From Phoronis australis (lineage: Eukaryota > Animalia > Phoronida): a stretch of 64,000 bases of DNA. Location: positions 162,264 through 226,263 of the forward strand of contig NMRA01000189.1 of assembly GCA_002633005.1 (NCBI GenBank), in the 5' to 3' direction. Below, one piece after another: positions 1-13,000 of this stretch. Below the pieces are notes generated by a model. The model was not told where the DNA came from. It made no database searches and was given only the letters and a program-made list of their open reading frames with translations. The translations under genes were made by a program, and so were the position numbers. Numbering within the stretch: position 1 is the stretch's first letter; the number at the start of each line of letters is the position of its first letter.

Positions 1-3000
1 AGGGCTTTAGCAATGGTATCAACAGCATGATCAAATATGATATAGATGTTGAAGGACTGATCTCTCTTTGTTACAGTTTTCATAAATGCCATTTTATTTC
101 ATTTTATGAAACTTGCATTTTTTCATGAAAATTATAAGTTCTGTTTTTTGATAGCCCCTCATGCCAACGTGAAATATTTTGAAATCAATTCCTAAAAGTA
201 TTTTGGAGAATAGTGCATAACGCACCAGTATCCAAAAGTTTCATATGAATCGGTTTGGCCATTTCTGATGTATGATGTTCTGAAATTAGCCAACTGGGAC
301 ATTTTTCTCTGGTGCTACATATAACTTTAACCTTAAGCTGACAGTGAGTCAACACCTTGTGTTGTTACACATAACTCGGCCATCTCTCATATAATTAGTC
401 AAATAAAAGCAGAGACGATTGAGCATAAATGGCAGTGGTGCCTAGTATTGACTGGATTTCTCTTTTCAATAAACCATATTGCAAATTTGTCCTGTTAGAA
501 CGCTCCAGGTAGCTAGCACCCGGACTCGGGGGTGTAGAAATTCCTGAGCAAACCGCAAGTCTTTGTTCCGCGTATGTCAGGTGAGAAGTTTGTTTTCATG
601 TTCTCGCTCTTTTGGTGAACTCACGCCTACTCAAATCAGTGACAATATTGTTTCCAGTTTGTAGTCCCCGTAGTTACCAAGACTGCAACTCGGTCATGTT
701 GTGTTGTGTATAAAAAAGAATCTGCAGCGTTATCTTAAACAATTTTCATCTTACAGTTGTCGGGATTTTGCCATGCATAAAAAAGAATCTATGTACTTTG
801 GACTATTTTCAATCTTAATATTATGCTTATCAGGATTTACAGAATCAATAACAGGCGTGTTTGGATGGTCAGTTGTTATGACTACAGCGCTTCCTAATAA
901 ACTTTACAGGAATCTCTTAACTAGAAGTGCATGCTGGGCTGATTATTGAATTTGATAAATAAAGCATGTTCTACTGTTCATTGAACGCGAGGTAACTGTT
1001 TGAAGTCTGGTCATAGTTTGAGTTCTGTTCTGCCCTTTGTAATGAATTTCCTCTACCAAGTCACCTGAAATTTAGTCTATCAGAATCGTAATTAAAATTC
1101 TAAAAGTGACAGAAAGTCTTTAATATTTTAACACAAAAATTTCACTTTAGTGACGTTATACTAGATAAAAATCAGCATTCGTTAATGCAACTTATAAGTG
1201 ATGTAGTTTTGCCGAGTTGCTCCAGTAACATGACTTAGACTGTAGGATCTAGAGTTGTGCTTACCGTAATATATTTATTTCTCAGAAGTGCTCATGTCCA
1301 CGCCCCTTGGCAACTTGCCCTAGAGCATCCACACTACGAAAGAGTGATTGATGGACAGTGTTCTTCCTTCTCACATGAGGGTTTAATGCAATGAAAATTT
1401 CAAGCATTTTTATTAATTCTTTGCAACCAATACACCAATCAAAGTGTCTCTGGTGTGCAGTGGAATAACATTACCATAAAGGTTCATTCAAAAATACCCA
1501 AGATGTAAAATGTCTGTGAAAGAACTTGCCGCTTTGTCGCTGATAACTCGGCCTTGCACAACAGAATTAGAATTAGGGTTGTGCGAAAGATGCATTCGTG
1601 CTCTTGCAGAACTAAAGAGTTGTATGCGCAAGGTTTCCTATTATGACTCTGCAAAAAAAACTCCTGGGTAGTTCATACATTTGACAATAATTATGGAGAT
1701 TGCGTTGAATTCAGTTGAACATTGGTGTTGCTAATTGGACTACCTATTGTAAATTCATTTAAAGCTAATAGAAATATCTCTAGAGGTATCACCAGTAATT
1801 TGTTTACTGTCTCTAACACCAGCTGATATCAGTTAGTATAATGAGTACATGTGCACTCAAAATGGAAGCGTGATCTAGTCCAGACTTGCTTCCAATGTCA
1901 GTGTCTTTATAAATGTCATAAAAATGACAAGGCGAAAGACAAATCTGACACTATACTTTTTCTCGTACTTAAAGATATGGATAATGATCTATAGTTTTAA
2001 CGTCATCATAATTTCTGGACACTTACATCCAGCCAATTTCATGATGGCTGATATATGTGTGCAGTTTACTTAACTTAAAGCCAATAAGCAAAGTTAGGAT
2101 GTGTAAAAAATAAATCCCGTTTCATTTTTCCTCAACTCCGGTAGACTTGCTGTTTTGTAAAGGTGATCGAGCAAAAATGGAAGGGCTCTGAGGAGCAACA
2201 CATGGTGAAATTGAATAAAAATTTAAAGGTGAGGTTGATCAACAACGTGACGCAAAGTACACCAACGAACCCATGAGGAGAAATCTTTACGAACCAAATT
2301 TGAAAAAGTTCAGTCACAGTATTGCAGACCTAGACCTTTGCAAACATAATTCGAAAAATGGTCATCACAGCAACATCTTTCGTCCGATTTTGCCCATGAA
2401 CAAAACTCCTTGGGCTAACGTAAACACTGTAAGTAAATTTCACGTGGATCAGACGAAAACTGCGATCTCTAGCACAAATGTGATAGGCTAATAAGGTGCA
2501 GCCTGCTATAAATAACTTGTCAACAAAAGAACAGTCATCTGGGCAGTAAATCTCGAATATCGCGAGAATGGTAAGTGGTAGCAAGAGACATATTTCACAG
2601 GGCTGATAGCGCATGATAAGGTCTATCCACACACCAAATTTCTGACGAACCCATCAAGAGATGTCGAAGATATGGCACAAAAATGGTAAAACCAAGAGAA
2701 AAGCAAACAAGGCACTAGTGATATGGAATGATCTTTCTATCGGAAAAGATCAGAAAAATACCACCAGAAATAGCAGAGCTATGGCTCCGCAATCGAAAAA
2801 AAGGGAAAATGGTCGCCACAGTGCCATCTTGTATCTCAGGTTTTAACCAAAAACAATAGGCTTCGAGCCATTCACAAGACACGTGTATCAATTTCATATT
2901 GATCCAATAAGAATTGACATCTGTACCGTGCAAGCAAAGAAACAAAAGAAAAAAAATTATGACAAAACAACATACGACAGACACTTGGAGAAATTTCATT

Positions 3001-6000
3001 TCACCAAGTAATAACTTAGAGATTATGCAGGACCCTAGAAAACTTTGGCTACTTAAGAACATCATATCTCAGAAGTGGCTGATCATATTTATGTGAAACT
3101 TTCAGATATTATGCTTTATGTACTGTTCCTAAAACGCTGCTATGAATTACTTTGTCAAATCATTCTTTTGTGTGGATTACGCACATGTACCATGTGGGTG
3201 CATATTGCCCTCTTAGTCTCTAGCCGGCTGTCCAGCCTCCTGGCTGTATCTCGTAAAACCCACTGCAGGATCTCAATGAGATTTGGCAGTTGTTGTCCTT
3301 AAGCTGATGACAGATGGCGCTAATTTCAGGCCATTCCAACTGCCAATTTCTAGAAACATACCGTTTGCTTTGCAGTGCAATCGTGGGTGCATTTTAATAC
3401 GTTGCTGCGTTCTAAAGAGGGCTATAAAAAATAGACACGGTGATTTATTGAAAAAAAAATCAAAAGTTCCATGAAAATAAAACAAAATGATAATTTACAA
3501 AACTGTAGCAGGATTTCTGAGATTTCATCTTGAACATTAATATAATATCAAATGAAATGTGATGGTTTTATTGACGCCATGTGACCCTTTTGGTAAATTT
3601 TACTAAAGAAGTCTTGTCAAGTAAACCAATCATTGGCAGACTGGTATAAAAGCACAATCATTCTAAAGGCTTTCATAAAATAAGTACTTTGATACAGTGT
3701 TGAATTTTATATTTCTGTAGATATTTGAACACAGACTTGTTAACTTGCAAGCTCTACATAATCTGAAGAATTTGCTTGTTTGACAAGTTTCAGTTCCCCA
3801 AATAATAGAGACTGTTTTGTAACTGTGGCAAATCTTGCTGCTGTGGACAACTCCTCTTGCTCAATGGTTTGCCAGTTCTGGTCAACCAGTTTTTAAGATT
3901 TTTGGGATTTCTGCTGGGGCATTGCCAGCAAGCTGAACTCGTAATATCTTGGCAATATAACGTCAGTAGCCGAGATGGATTACTTCCCCTGGCTAGATGA
4001 CATATTGAGTGCAGGATCTAAAGTGTCTGGGAATCGTTTATACTGGAAGTATCATAGTGCAATACTGCAAAATATTTATGCACTTTTAAGTATTGACTAT
4101 TTTCTTTTCAATATATCTTGGGTTGTTACGCAATTTTAACTTAAATTTTTGAAAGACCTATTTTTTGTTAATGAACTTAAGTCTTAAAAATAAAGAAAAA
4201 AATGGCACGTGCATTGGACTAAGCCTTGGCAATATGCTGCATGGAGTTTGCCTATTTAGACCTGTGAACCTGTGTGTGATGCGGCTAGGTTTGGAATCAA
4301 GTACATGGGCCAAACTCCGTAACACTTGGAAGTTGTTGTACCTGAGTTTGGCAAATAACGCAGATAAAATTCAAATTACTCGACCCCTTTTTATACTTCA
4401 TACATCGAAACAAATTGTTATCTTTGATTCGGATCCAAAAGTACCTTGAATCACACAGCCTTGCATTATTTAACTGTACTTGGGGAAACATTTCATTGGC
4501 GTCCTTAGAAAAGCATGGTGGTCATAAGACCGCCTCTTTTTGACAACATGGGTTTATGGCATTGAAAGCTGTAATTCTCCTGTTTAGCGATCAATGTTCA
4601 ATTCTTAACTTAAACGCGTTGGGGTTTACAAACATTACCAAGTTCATCGAATTTTGAATTGTTGTGGAATGAGTTAGCAACTCAAGTCGCAGACAAGAAG
4701 TACACGAATCATTTTCGAATCTGCAATTGTCAGACATTGTCGGCCTACACGAGACGCTACCCCGTTCAAATTTCACTGCACGGGGGTATTAAGGTCACTC
4801 TAATAAGCTATAGTGTTCACAAGTTGCCCCCTCGCTCCCCACATTGCTTTGCTCAGGCAGGGTACATAATGAAGTTTGAGACATATAAACAAAGGAAGAC
4901 CAGTTGCAATTTGAGCTTTTTTCTTTCCTTCCGTTGTGTATAACCGATTTTTCTGTTCAAACAACGAAAATTGTGCAATTTTCAATGACTGGTTTGCTTT
5001 TCATAGTCCGTAGTGTCTAAAGAAGTGGGAAAAGAATGTTACAGCGGATATCAGTGTCACTCATCTTGTTCCCTGAAGTTCCCAAACAAAAGAAGCCAGT
5101 CATAAAAGTCCAATCACTGTGATAAGTACCTATTGTGTTCACAAGTGGTACAAAGAAATATTCATTGCTGTCAGTTGAAACTAAGATGTTAATTAGCGCC
5201 CAGTGCTAATGGCACGCAATGCATCAGCTGACATTGAAATTGCCAACGTGAATTAATCTGCGATGTGTTGCATTTATTTGACCGTCATTTAATAAAGAAG
5301 TTGAGCATGCTCTCTTTATTCAGCAATTCGGCTGACATTGATGTGGGAAGAGTTCACTGTCCAATCAGAAATCGCATTTGGGCTGACAGTGTTACTTATT
5401 CACACAATCACACAATTCCGTTCAGTCTTTAAATATTGTCAGTACATGAGAATTGTTTGTACAGACTCAGTCAACAAATCTTACTAGATTGCAAACATTA
5501 ATGTCCATAATTTCTTCATGAAGTGTATCGCCCATGGTTGAGGTTTTTGAATTTTTGTGCAAATGCAGTCACAATTTATCGGCATACATCCCTCGTGTTG
5601 GCTGAGCCGATACCCATGTAAATTTCATCCGAAGTGTCGTGCAACTTTTGTCTTGATAATGTCGCTTGTGTTAAATGTTTATTACGTTAAAATTGCCGAA
5701 GATGGATTTATCTTTAGGGGCTTTTAATAGTACAGCAACTGCAATGCAGATGTTTTGTATCAAAAGTTTTTATTGTTTCCATTTTATTTTCATTTTACCA
5801 ATGTCCAAATATATTTACAAACTGTGAACAATTATTACACATCCGTAAGATATGTTTTCATAACATGTGTTTGCGTTATAACTTGTGTAATTTTTTATGT
5901 CTCGCAGCAGTAACTGTTGTTCAGCCGGCCATCTCCTGGTGCACATGACTCGAGGCGACTCATAAAAACCGAGACTGTTGATTATGAAAGGTCTGCTGTC

Positions 6001-6915
6001 AATTGTTGCATCTGCTAGAAATTCCAGGGGCTCTTTTTAACCCTCTGGCTAGTAAATCCTTCTAGCCAGACTACAGGCTCCAGAAAAAAAAATAGTTGCA
6101 GGCGGTCTGGTACACGTGGTACCCAGTGTACGCAGGCCACTCGGGTGGGCCCTTTGCACTGATCACCTGGAGCCTTTCTTATGATTTACTAAAATGTTGA
6201 AGTCTTTATTGTAGCTGGAGTATAAAAATTGAAAGTTTTGTTGAAGATTACGTTCCTATGGGCTTCAGTGACTACAACAATGATAATGGCTGATCATGTA
6301 TAAGCATAACCTTAAAAACTGGTAATGTTGAAACAAACGAGATGATCTAAACATAGGTAATAATCACTTGCAGGGTAGTGCATTTCGAGAACCAGTTTCC
6401 TCTACTGAATAACGGACATAAAACTGGTTCTCAAATACCGGGACCTCTGTATTAGTGAGTATTGCTTGAACGGTAAAATTCATATATTGGGATAAATTAC
6501 TAAATTCTTTGGTTTTGAAATAGAAATTTCTGCTAAATTAAATATAATTATTATAAATAACTTGGTCATTCAATTCAGGAGTTTAATTGCAAAGATTTTT
6601 CTGTAGCATCAAGTTTGTCAAACACCAGCTCGACAAATGTGACATATTACTGATCAGGTGCCTTCAGTCAAACTGGTCTCGCTCGCCAAATGCTTCTTTA
6701 TATTTTAATTCTCAACTTGCCAAACACAGCCTCAACTCGGATCCAAGATTTTCCAACACTTTCTATGTTTGTCGACCTTTTGAACTTTCCCTTGATATTT
6801 GGATACCAAAAATTACTTTTTACACTCTCTTGGTGAAATAAGATAACATTGGGGTCAGTGTGCGATCAAATAGTGACATGCAATCCAATCAGAATATAAA
6901 AATCTTTCATTACAG

Positions 6916-6935
6916 TATTATTATCATTATTATTA

Positions 6936-6969
<34 letters not shown>

Positions 6970-6985
6970 TACTACTACTATTATT
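6916..6985. repeat. (ATT)n/(ACT)n microsatellite
   Basis: Run of tattattatcattatt…actactacta; explains the poly-Ile ORF 6860..7126. Confidence 0.95.
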
Positions 6986-8739
6986 GTTTCTGTAATTATT
7001 CATGACATCACACAAAAATTGAATAAGACACTTTTATTACGGAATATGGGCAAAGGTCAACAGGTCAAAATTAACATCATGTATATGAATTCTCTACGAT
7101 TTGAAAAATATCAAAGTCTGTCTTGAGTTTATTTCACCAAAAATCAATTGGTTTGCATGACGTATAATCGCCTTCATATTCTTGGTAGAGATTCGATGCT
7201 TTAAGTTATTCTATGGAAACCCCTATCATAAATATCAAAGAACTGGTTCAAAGAAAATGTTTAACCAAATCAGTGAGACAATCAGCTAAATATATGCCAG
7301 GTCTGTCATTTTCCCTTCTTAGAGCAAAACCGAAAACATTTTAGTTTCTTAAATTGGTAACATTCAAACTTAACACAATTGTTTATGTGCTTGTGAACAG
7401 CAAATGAATGTTCTTAGTGAAATAAAAATTTCAGAAAACATTTCAGTTACTGTTGGATCTATCAAATTTTCTCCAGTCTAAGTTGCAGACATGGATCCAA
7501 GTATTTTTTCTCTGTTAATTTCAAGTGTTAACAACAATGCCTTGAAAGTTGGCTGTTTCACCCCTTTAATCTCTACCCAACCTTCTGGGGTTTAGTATCA
7601 ATTGGGTTCTTTTGCTACAAGCGCATTTTGGCACAGATAATGAAAATGCCAGCTTATGTTTGTACATGAATAGTCTCTAGGGCACGTGACTCTGGGCTAT
7701 ATACCACCTAAGTTTTGTTCGGATTTAACGAATATGCTCTGAACAGTCTTAGGGTGTAAAGATGCTGGATATACATGTAATCTACACGAATTTCCATCGT
7801 TTGTCAGCGGGTGTTCGGTCAGGGGTCGTATGCCCCGGTCACGATATGGTGGCCTGCCTTTGGCTGCATCATCGACACTGCATTTTAAAAATATATGAAA
7901 AGTATTGCAATGACCATCACTGTAGCTCTATCTCTTGTAATTGTATTGAGCAACTGCCATAGATCACATGTTGGCAACAAATTTACAATAAATCTCTCAC
8001 TGATGTTAAATTGGTCATTCCATACGAAAAGCAGCTCTTAACATCTGTAGTTATCCTGAACACATTAATGCATCTTTTTGATACCAAAATTAGATGGAAT
8101 AGTCAGGTATGATAGACTGTGAAACCTATTTGTGTTTAGCACACACATTTGTCTGCTGACTACTAAAAAATGGGTTATATTATCTTGACATCCTTGATTT
8201 GAACTAATATTGAGATGGGTGTTATTTTTAGCCCTCAAAGCACATGTCTGCCTCCAGTTAGTAGACGGCAATCTCTAGTGATGCGTGAAATTGGTAAAAA
8301 ATAAGTCAATGCTGCCAATTAAGTATCAGTTTAAGATTTAATGATCATGTGAAAAAGCTAGCATTTTTCAACCTTTGAGATCAAAAGTGTCGAAAAATTG
8401 CCAATTCTTAACGTAACCACTTAAGTAGATCAGGAGCATGTACACTGAGTAAGTATTGGACATAGAGCAGTGCTTTACAAAATCTCAGCATCAATGCATT
8501 CTGTTTAATGACATGTTCTCTTTAGATGTATTTAGTTGGGAGATTTCTTGGACTGATTTCCTGCATGAACTTGATGAGGGAGATAAGTGAAACGTCCACA
8601 TAGGAGCATTTTCAAGACAAAAACAGTATTTCAAAGTTGTCCATTTGGTTTCAGATAAAGTTAAAATATAATCGTATGTTAAAAAGAATATAAATATAAA
8701 TAGATTTACATATTCATGTGAATTTTCACATTATTATTG

Positions 8740-8877
8740 TTGTTATTCCCCAGGACCACATCGCCATACTTACTGGACACGGTTTAGTGATTTGCTGATC
8801 ATTTTCACCTCAAAACTCGTTCTTAAAAACATTTGGCAATTTCCAGTCCACTTCATATTCATATCATCGTTATATGT
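8740..8877 (+). repeat. Dispersed repeat family A, copy 1
   Basis: Shares tgttattcccc…atacttactggacacggtt.agtgattt…gatcatttt…aaaacatttggcaattt…cacttca.attc with 18585-18718 in the same orientation. Confidence 0.8.
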
Positions 8878-9944
8878 TGTGTTTTTAACTCGCTTGGCCA
8901 AGCAATCACAAAGATAAGGAATCAGTGTGCAAGTTCCACTCTAATTGCATGCACCCAACTGCTCTAAGTGTTTCTTGCTACTGTATTTTGCCCTTGTTAA
9001 GCTGCCTGAAACACGGAAATCGAATTAGGTCTTGTACTCTCACAAAGTCAATCACATATTATGTCTGGTGATAGGATTCCATATCCGTTATCATCTCAAA
9101 TGGTTTCGCTGGTCTTGTTGGGGATGGCAATGGACGGTAAGTCGTGTTACATACGAGACTTATTTTATAAGAATAAGTGGCCTAATTGGACCTGTTTTTA
9201 GTCAGCTAAACAGGATGAATGCAGCTTTGAGTACAGCTTAGTGTATGGAGTTTGACATAAGTGCAGTGATCAATGTAGAAAAAACATAGCCTCACATCTA
9301 TGGGCCAATTTGGATGATCTTATGGGCCATGTTATTTCTGTCTTTTTTTGCTTCTAATTTTAATGGGCTTGTTGGCCGCTAGGTTGAGCAATCACAGTGC
9401 CTCCATTAAGCTATTTTTTTTATGCTAGTGTTTCTTGAATTATCCCTAAAGTGACCCTAAAGCATCTTTTAGTCTGCTGTGACTAAAATTTCTTGTTTAG
9501 AATACCGTGTGACACCTGAAGGACTGTCAGTGAAAGTTGTCTCTGACCATCACTTGGGTTAGTCACAGTTGCTTGGATGCAGAAACTATGTTACCTTACA
9601 TTTCAGTACACATGTTTAATTTAACTTACAAACCCAAAGTGTGAGCATCGAGGTCATATTTCCCATAAAATTTAAAGTGCATATCTTTAAAAATAATTCT
9701 GTTGATAAGGATTGTAATCTAGTACCTGAAACAGTAGTCAACTACTTTACACATTCCTGAAGTTTCCTAATTAAATCAATTTAGACTCGTCCTATAAAAT
9801 CACACATTCTAAATAACACCACTATAGATTTTCTGGGATATGCATATAGTAGTAATAAATTATAATAATAGTAATGTTGCAAATATTTAAATTTGCATGC
9901 CATCTGTTGGCCACATCATGTGACCTAATGAATATAAGTCCGAA

Positions 9945-10010
9945 ACAATTTCTTCCCCGACTGGGACTGAAACCCAGCACTTTCTGCTAACCGTGCAGAA
10001 CCGTGTGACC
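9945..10010 (-). mobile_element. Possible degenerate tRNA-derived SINE head
   Basis: The minus strand reads …gcagaaagtgctGGGTTTCAGTCCcagtcggggaagaaattg, resembling a Pol III B box (GGTTCRANTCC) in a T-arm-like stem. No clear A box. Confidence 0.3.
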
Positions 10011-13000
10011 AACAGATGGTGTGCAGACACGACTTAAATGTTTGCAACACATTTTCCTGGCCAAATTGAGATTGTCATATTCAAATGATGATAAATGATA
10101 ACATTGTAGTGCACTGAGAATGTGTTCATTCACAAAGTCAAACAGTTTTATCACACTGTTCCTTCAATCTGCTCATTCACAAAATGTGGTCTTAATTTTT
10201 TACATAACTCATTGCACGAGTGCGGGACATTTTTAGTCTCACCTGTTTATTCAGGTTTAACAAGCGTGCTCTTGCCTCGCATTCTTACGTATTTTTCTGT
10301 GAACTAACTAGCCGCCAGTTCTGTACTTGCTAGTCATTTTTGTTAACACCACGTTTTTTTGGCAAAAATTGTGTTTTAGTTGCTTAATAAGTAACAGAAA
10401 TTGGTTAGTTGAGGTACATCCGCTTCTGTTTGTGTTCTTGGCTCTGACGTCATATCGGTTTGGGTGAAAATTGTTTTGATATGTGGTCATGGTGCTTCTA
10501 CACTGATGTAATTGCTTAACCAAGTGAAGAGCGTTTACAACAAATGTCGTAAATGAATTAATATTTTGTTATCGATGTTCAGAAGGTTAATGCGCTTACA
10601 AAGAAAGTTTGGATGACGACTTTTAAAGTTACACAGTTCTGTTAAGTTTGCTGCGGTGGCACTGGCCAATATTATAACAATATTATCAAAAAATTATTAC
10701 AAACTTATTGCAATACTACTTCAATACTATTACAGTATTATTTACACACCATATGGCATTGCGAGGTATATAAATTACTGAATTGTCCTATTAAGATTCT
10801 TTGCCAGTTAAGTTTCTGGTATGAGACTGTTTTCATTTTACTTGCAGATTCGGCAAATTGCAGGAGAGAAAAACAGCACATGGAAACCATTTGAGAAAGT
10901 CAGTGGATTCTTAAAAAAGGTCTCAAACACTTGTGTCAGTTTACAACATCCTTCTCTGCCGTTGACTTACGTATTCTTTTGCTACAGTTCGATTTCCTAT
11001 TTGGCCGTTTTGGATTTTTGCTCACAGTTTGTGCACAGTTCCTTGTATTTCATTATGTCACAATCACAAACACTTCCGCAGTGGGCCATCTAATCTTTTC
11101 ACATCTTTTTCACTTTTTTAAACAAAATTACGAAATTTCGGTGGAGGTAGTTTGTGGTCAGACTTGTTTTGTGACATAGGGAAACAAAGTACATGTGTGT
11201 TTTTGTGTGTGTGTGTGCTAACAATTTCCTGACTTTTCTCAGATGGTTTGATGCTGGTTCTGTGGATTTGTTTTTTTTTTTTTTGTTTTTCATTTTATTT
11301 TAGTTTCTGTAGAACAATGCCACTACTGGACACAGAGATCAAAGTGCCTTATTAATCTGAAGATAGACGCTATTCAAGAATTTTGTTTTAAATTGGATAC
11401 ACCATTATTTGATATAGTTTAGTTTCTATCGCTTCACTTAAAAATTGTTTTCCAATCCATGTTCCTTTTAAGAATGACTATATTATTTTTTCAAGGTGGC
11501 TACCAGTACTGTCCAAGTTGGCAGACATCTGGTGACAGGTTTTCTTGTTTTCAGGTTTCTTTTGTGGTTGAACTGACAATAGTGCGGCTGTGGAGCTGTT
11601 TTGTCCTGCGTTAATTGAATTTATAGTCTGCAGACAGAATCTTTACAAAATGCAATGGCAGATCTCCGGTGGCATTCAAGGCTTTGGCATAGTCCAAAAA
11701 TACAGCTAGAGTTAAAAAAATGTGCTGCTGTATGAGTAAATCTTCTGTTGCTAAAATTTAGGTTCTCCCTTGAAAAATTGTTTTCAAGATAATGGCATTA
11801 TCATGTGGTTTTATTTGATTATTTTTTCTGGCAGTTTGAGATGGTGGTTTAATCTTGGTTCTATCTTCATTGTGCAGTCTTTATGTGAATAATGACTAGC
11901 AGCTCCATAGGTTGGGTACATGGGTATATGTGGGTACTGTTTATATGAGCAGTGGCGCCAATAGATCATAGGTTGGGTTTGTCATGGGCGGCGCACCATA
12001 GGGGGCTTTTTTCAGTGCTGCGCCGCCTACGATCTATGGCCCCCACTTTTCAGTGCTGCGCCTCCCATGTATATTTGGGTAACATTTATATGAGCAGTGA
12101 CACTAGCAGTAGTGAAAATTATTGACACTGACAAACGTTTTTCAGCTATCATGTACTGTTATAGACATCTTTCAAATAGTATCAACATTATGAAATATGC
12201 CTTATCACTCACTAGATGGTGATAGAATATGTGGTGTGCTCTGTTCAATGAAATGTTCAGTTAACTGCTGTGATTTGTATAGAGATTTAAGACTGGGATT
12301 CAGTCACAGTGTTTTTGATTAATTCTTTGCGATCATCGTGCTCTCAAATAAGTACTGTATACCAAAATCGAATACCATCACCATTGTACAGTTTGATTTT
12401 CCGGAAACAGGCTCCAAGCTTTTGTTAATATTTTTAAAGGGGCAGGAACTGCAAATTTTGCAGACTTTCAGTTTTATACGTTGAGCTCATACCCTTATTG
12501 GCCTTTTTCAATGCTAGCGTTTTTGGCAGCGCGCCAGCTGTTTTCCCAACGCTCGTTGTATTTGGTTCATTGAAGCACGATAAATTGTGAAATAACTGGT
12601 GTAGAGATGGCCTGGTTGAGCTGGTACTCTAACTGAGACAAAGTCTTATAACTATGAATTCAAGCAGATTTTTACATTAGGTGATGGACATGTACCTCAT
12701 CTAAGCACAACTCTATGCACCTTTGTATACTGAAAATTATGTGCTACTCTTTGAAGAACTGACATTTGTTGAGCGTGGAATAGACACGCTGCCGAAAAAG
12801 CGCTGAGTGGTATTTATCCATCTTTTCACAGCATGTGCTACAACATTTGTTGATAGGAGAACTGCACAGGTTTGTTTTCATTGTTTGAAGGACAGATATC
12901 TGTTAACTACCACAGAACAAGAGAGGAAGAACCTCAGCATTGGGGCTGCTATTCTTTTCTTGATAGGCCTCAGTTTATATTGTGTGACCTGCCTGAGCAA

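Noticed and set aside
11665-11712. Minus-strand TLAVFLDYAKALNAT resembling the LINE reverse-transcriptase motif AVFLDxxKAFD
   Set aside because: A single short motif lacking the FD, with no collinear RT motifs around it; cannot be told from chance without a search.
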